From contig JBHGNT010000009.1 in NCBI GenBank assembly GCA_043228905.1, forward strand, positions 10,230,001 to 10,294,000: a stretch of 64,000 bases of DNA. Reading direction: 5' to 3'. This stretch comes from Azolla caroliniana. Lineage: Eukaryota > Plantae > Polypodiophyta. Shown here piece after piece: positions 61,657-64,000 of this stretch. The position numbers and the translations under genes are program-made. The notes beneath the pieces were generated by a model, which was not told where the DNA came from, did not search any database, and saw only the letters and a list, made by a program, of their open reading frames with translations. Each line of letters opens with the position of its first letter. The stretch's first letter is position 1.

Positions 61657-62258
61657 ATGTGTCCTCTTTAGATTTCCCCAAAATTTAGCACATGCATGTG
61701 CTTTCTCTTGGGTTTGGAGAAATTGTTGAGTAACTTCCCATATTCTTCTCTTTCTTTGAATAAGCCTTTTATACTCATGCAAATGCTTTTGGTAATTTTC
61801 TTTATCCTTAACTACATCAAAAACCATAAGGCACTTTCAAGCTTCACCACATTCTTTATCAAACCATTTTTTCCTAAATTTCTTGGTGCATTTTCAAGAT
61901 GTGCAGTTGCCCGAAAAATATTTGTTTGTACAAGAGAGAAAGACTTTCTTAAAAGCTTCACATTTTCATTCTAGTGTGGCACCATGTTGTATTTATGTCA
62001 TTTGTAACCTATCCTCAACCATCTTAGAATACATGGGTGTTCGCTTAAGGTTCATGCTCAAGTGTGGTTGTTTATTATCTTCAATGGACTTCTCACAATC
62101 AAACCTATGCATACATTTGAGATCAATACATAAAGCCCTATGATCGGATTATGGTGTCCATTCACCAAGTGAGAATTTATGTATACGATCCAAAATACCT
62201 TCGGAGAGTAGCACATAGTCAATCACACTATTTCCGTTGTGTTTTCTACATGTAAAAC
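61657..62258 (-). mobile_element. LINE ORF2 relic (AP-endonuclease C-terminus and linker)
   Basis: DYVLLSEG...SDHRALCIDL at ~62110-62225, followed by a basic helical linker. Confidence 0.65.
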
Positions 62259-62850
62259 TGTCAAAGTTAATATGCAGAAGCTTTGACAAACTGGTTCACC
62301 CGTATAGCAACAGAAAGAGTATAGGTTTAATGGAAGCTTCAAAAAACACAGACAGACAGAGAGTGGGAGAGATAGAGAGAGCAAAATAGCATAAACTAAA
62401 TTCAAAATAATAACACTTTGTACATACAAATGTCCTACAGAATACTTTTTATACAAGTCCTTAAAAGGACTGACATGTACTTCAATGCTCACTAACTCCA
62501 AGGAATATGCCTATGTACTAGGGTCGGACCGTAGGCTCCAACGGCCTACTGGTTCTCACTATTCCGAAGTATGATCTCGTTCTTCGGTCCGACTCTAGGT
62601 TTCGGATACCGATATATCCAAACACCTATCCAGTTCTTTGTTCCAGATACCGATCTGGCTCTGGCTTACTCAACCGATCCGGATCTGGTTGAGCTTGCCC
62701 GCTCAACACTCCCTCTCAAGCTCAACTTGAAGTTGGACCGCTATGTGTGTCCACTGGTCCTTTCCTCCGAATCCTCGTGGCGTCTTCCCGCCTTGCTCGC
62801 ACTCCTTGACTCGTTCGATTTCGCTTCCCACGACCCATCCGGTTCTGCGT
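62259..62850 (-). mobile_element. Copia E 3' end (LTR ~62259-62708, PPT)
   Basis: TG...CA LTR; PPT TTGAGAGGGAG adjacent, resembling the Copia D 3' end. Confidence 0.6.
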
Positions 62851-64000
62851 TGTCGTGCCTTTCGACGGAATTCATAACTAGACTTATCTCGTATTCTTCA
62901 TCTTGTAGTTCAAAACCCCAACGGTTCCCACCCGACTCACGCAAACGATCCGACACTGAAAGGCACAACACAAGTGGTGAACCCGACGTGAAACACGGGT
63001 GGCAAGGAGATGGAAAATCAACAAGAAGCTAACAATATGATGACAATGTTCGAGTGGATGCTACAAGAACAACGCGCGATGTCGGAGATTGCGGTGGTAG
63101 TAGAGTGGCTTGTGCAACGAAACGGGCAATTCAACGGGAAGGATGTGTCACGTTATTTACGAGACTACAAGGCAGAGATACTACAGTGCGGAATATCGGA
63201 AGGATTGCAAGTGACATCCTTCAATCGGGTGGCTACGGACGGGCTTCAAGGGTGTATTCACGGGTTACGACAACAAAATCCGATGTGGGAAGCGTTTGAA
63301 GAAGCGTTGAAGACCACGTTCGCTATCGAGGACTCTTCCAAGGCAACACGGAGGGGATTCAAAGATTGGGTACAAAGGCCGGACAAGGGGCTGATGGTCC
63401 TTGATGTGGTTTCCGCATTCGAAAGTCGATTCGGGAGGTTGTCCACGAGAGATCAAGCTATCCTCACATCAGACAAAGTGATCATGTTCTTATGAGCTGT
63501 GGACGTCCAGGACCAGAAAGACCTTGGAGTGCTTCTAGAGGACACGACTACTGAGAGTGGCCTCACCAATACATGGGCAAACATGCGGGACATCGCCGTG
63601 CGATACACAAAAAGGGGGCAATGGCTTAGTAATGAAGAAATGAGGGTTTCAGAACCGATTCCAAAACCAAGATCCGGATTGGAAGACCATCAACCATGGG
63701 ATCGGGAGACTATGACCGAGCAGGGAATTGATTTCAACCACGGTGGAGCAGTTGCTGAAGGAGATGGAGAATCTGAAAATAACAGTGGTGAAGAAGTAAG
63801 AAGAGCGTCCCACAAGTTCCAAGTATATGGACCGTTGGTGCATATGGTGCGATAACACTGAACATGATCGAAAGGATTGCGATGAGCACAACGAGGCGCT
63901 ATGATGGGATCTTATCTATTACAAGGGAAATCGGATTCATTCGATGGACTCTAGGAAGCCACTCCGGCTGAACTTCCGAAAAGGCGGCATGAAGAAGGTC
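62851..64000 (+). mobile_element. Degenerate Y-family copy Y'' with a 120-bp 5' LTR, truncated by the window's right edge
   Basis: LTR 62851-62970; Trp PBS at 62975-62992; gag homologous to Y from 63010, with stops and a frameshift. Confidence 0.9.

Overview
Eukaryotic, land-plant DNA. A fern-like lineage is inferred from the transposon families and the PLS-type PPR fragment, but is not proven. The window is an almost continuous nest of retrotransposons around one intact host gene, a two-exon GASA/Snakin (47794-48296, minus). It contains several broken Ty1/Copia elements and solo LTRs, and a chromodomain Ty3/Gypsy element (24158-42052, TSD ATGTG) that hosts two nested insertions. There is also an Arg-primed non-autonomous LTR element, an Ala-primed TRIM, L1-like LINE relics, MULE-like TIR elements and a 100-N gap followed by a probable library adapter. 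The most unusual system is a Ty3/Gypsy family, best copy 32381-39717, with three further copies or LTRs and a pol-less relative. It is primed by tRNA-Trp and makes 4-bp TSDs at RYRY sites. It puts Gag and protease in one ORF, joined to RT-RH-IN by a predicted -1 frameshift (G_GAU_UUU plus H-type pseudoknot). Its LTRs carry an antisense tRNA-like cassette with A-box, B-box and oligo-T. All family assignments come from motif recognition only; no database searches were run.
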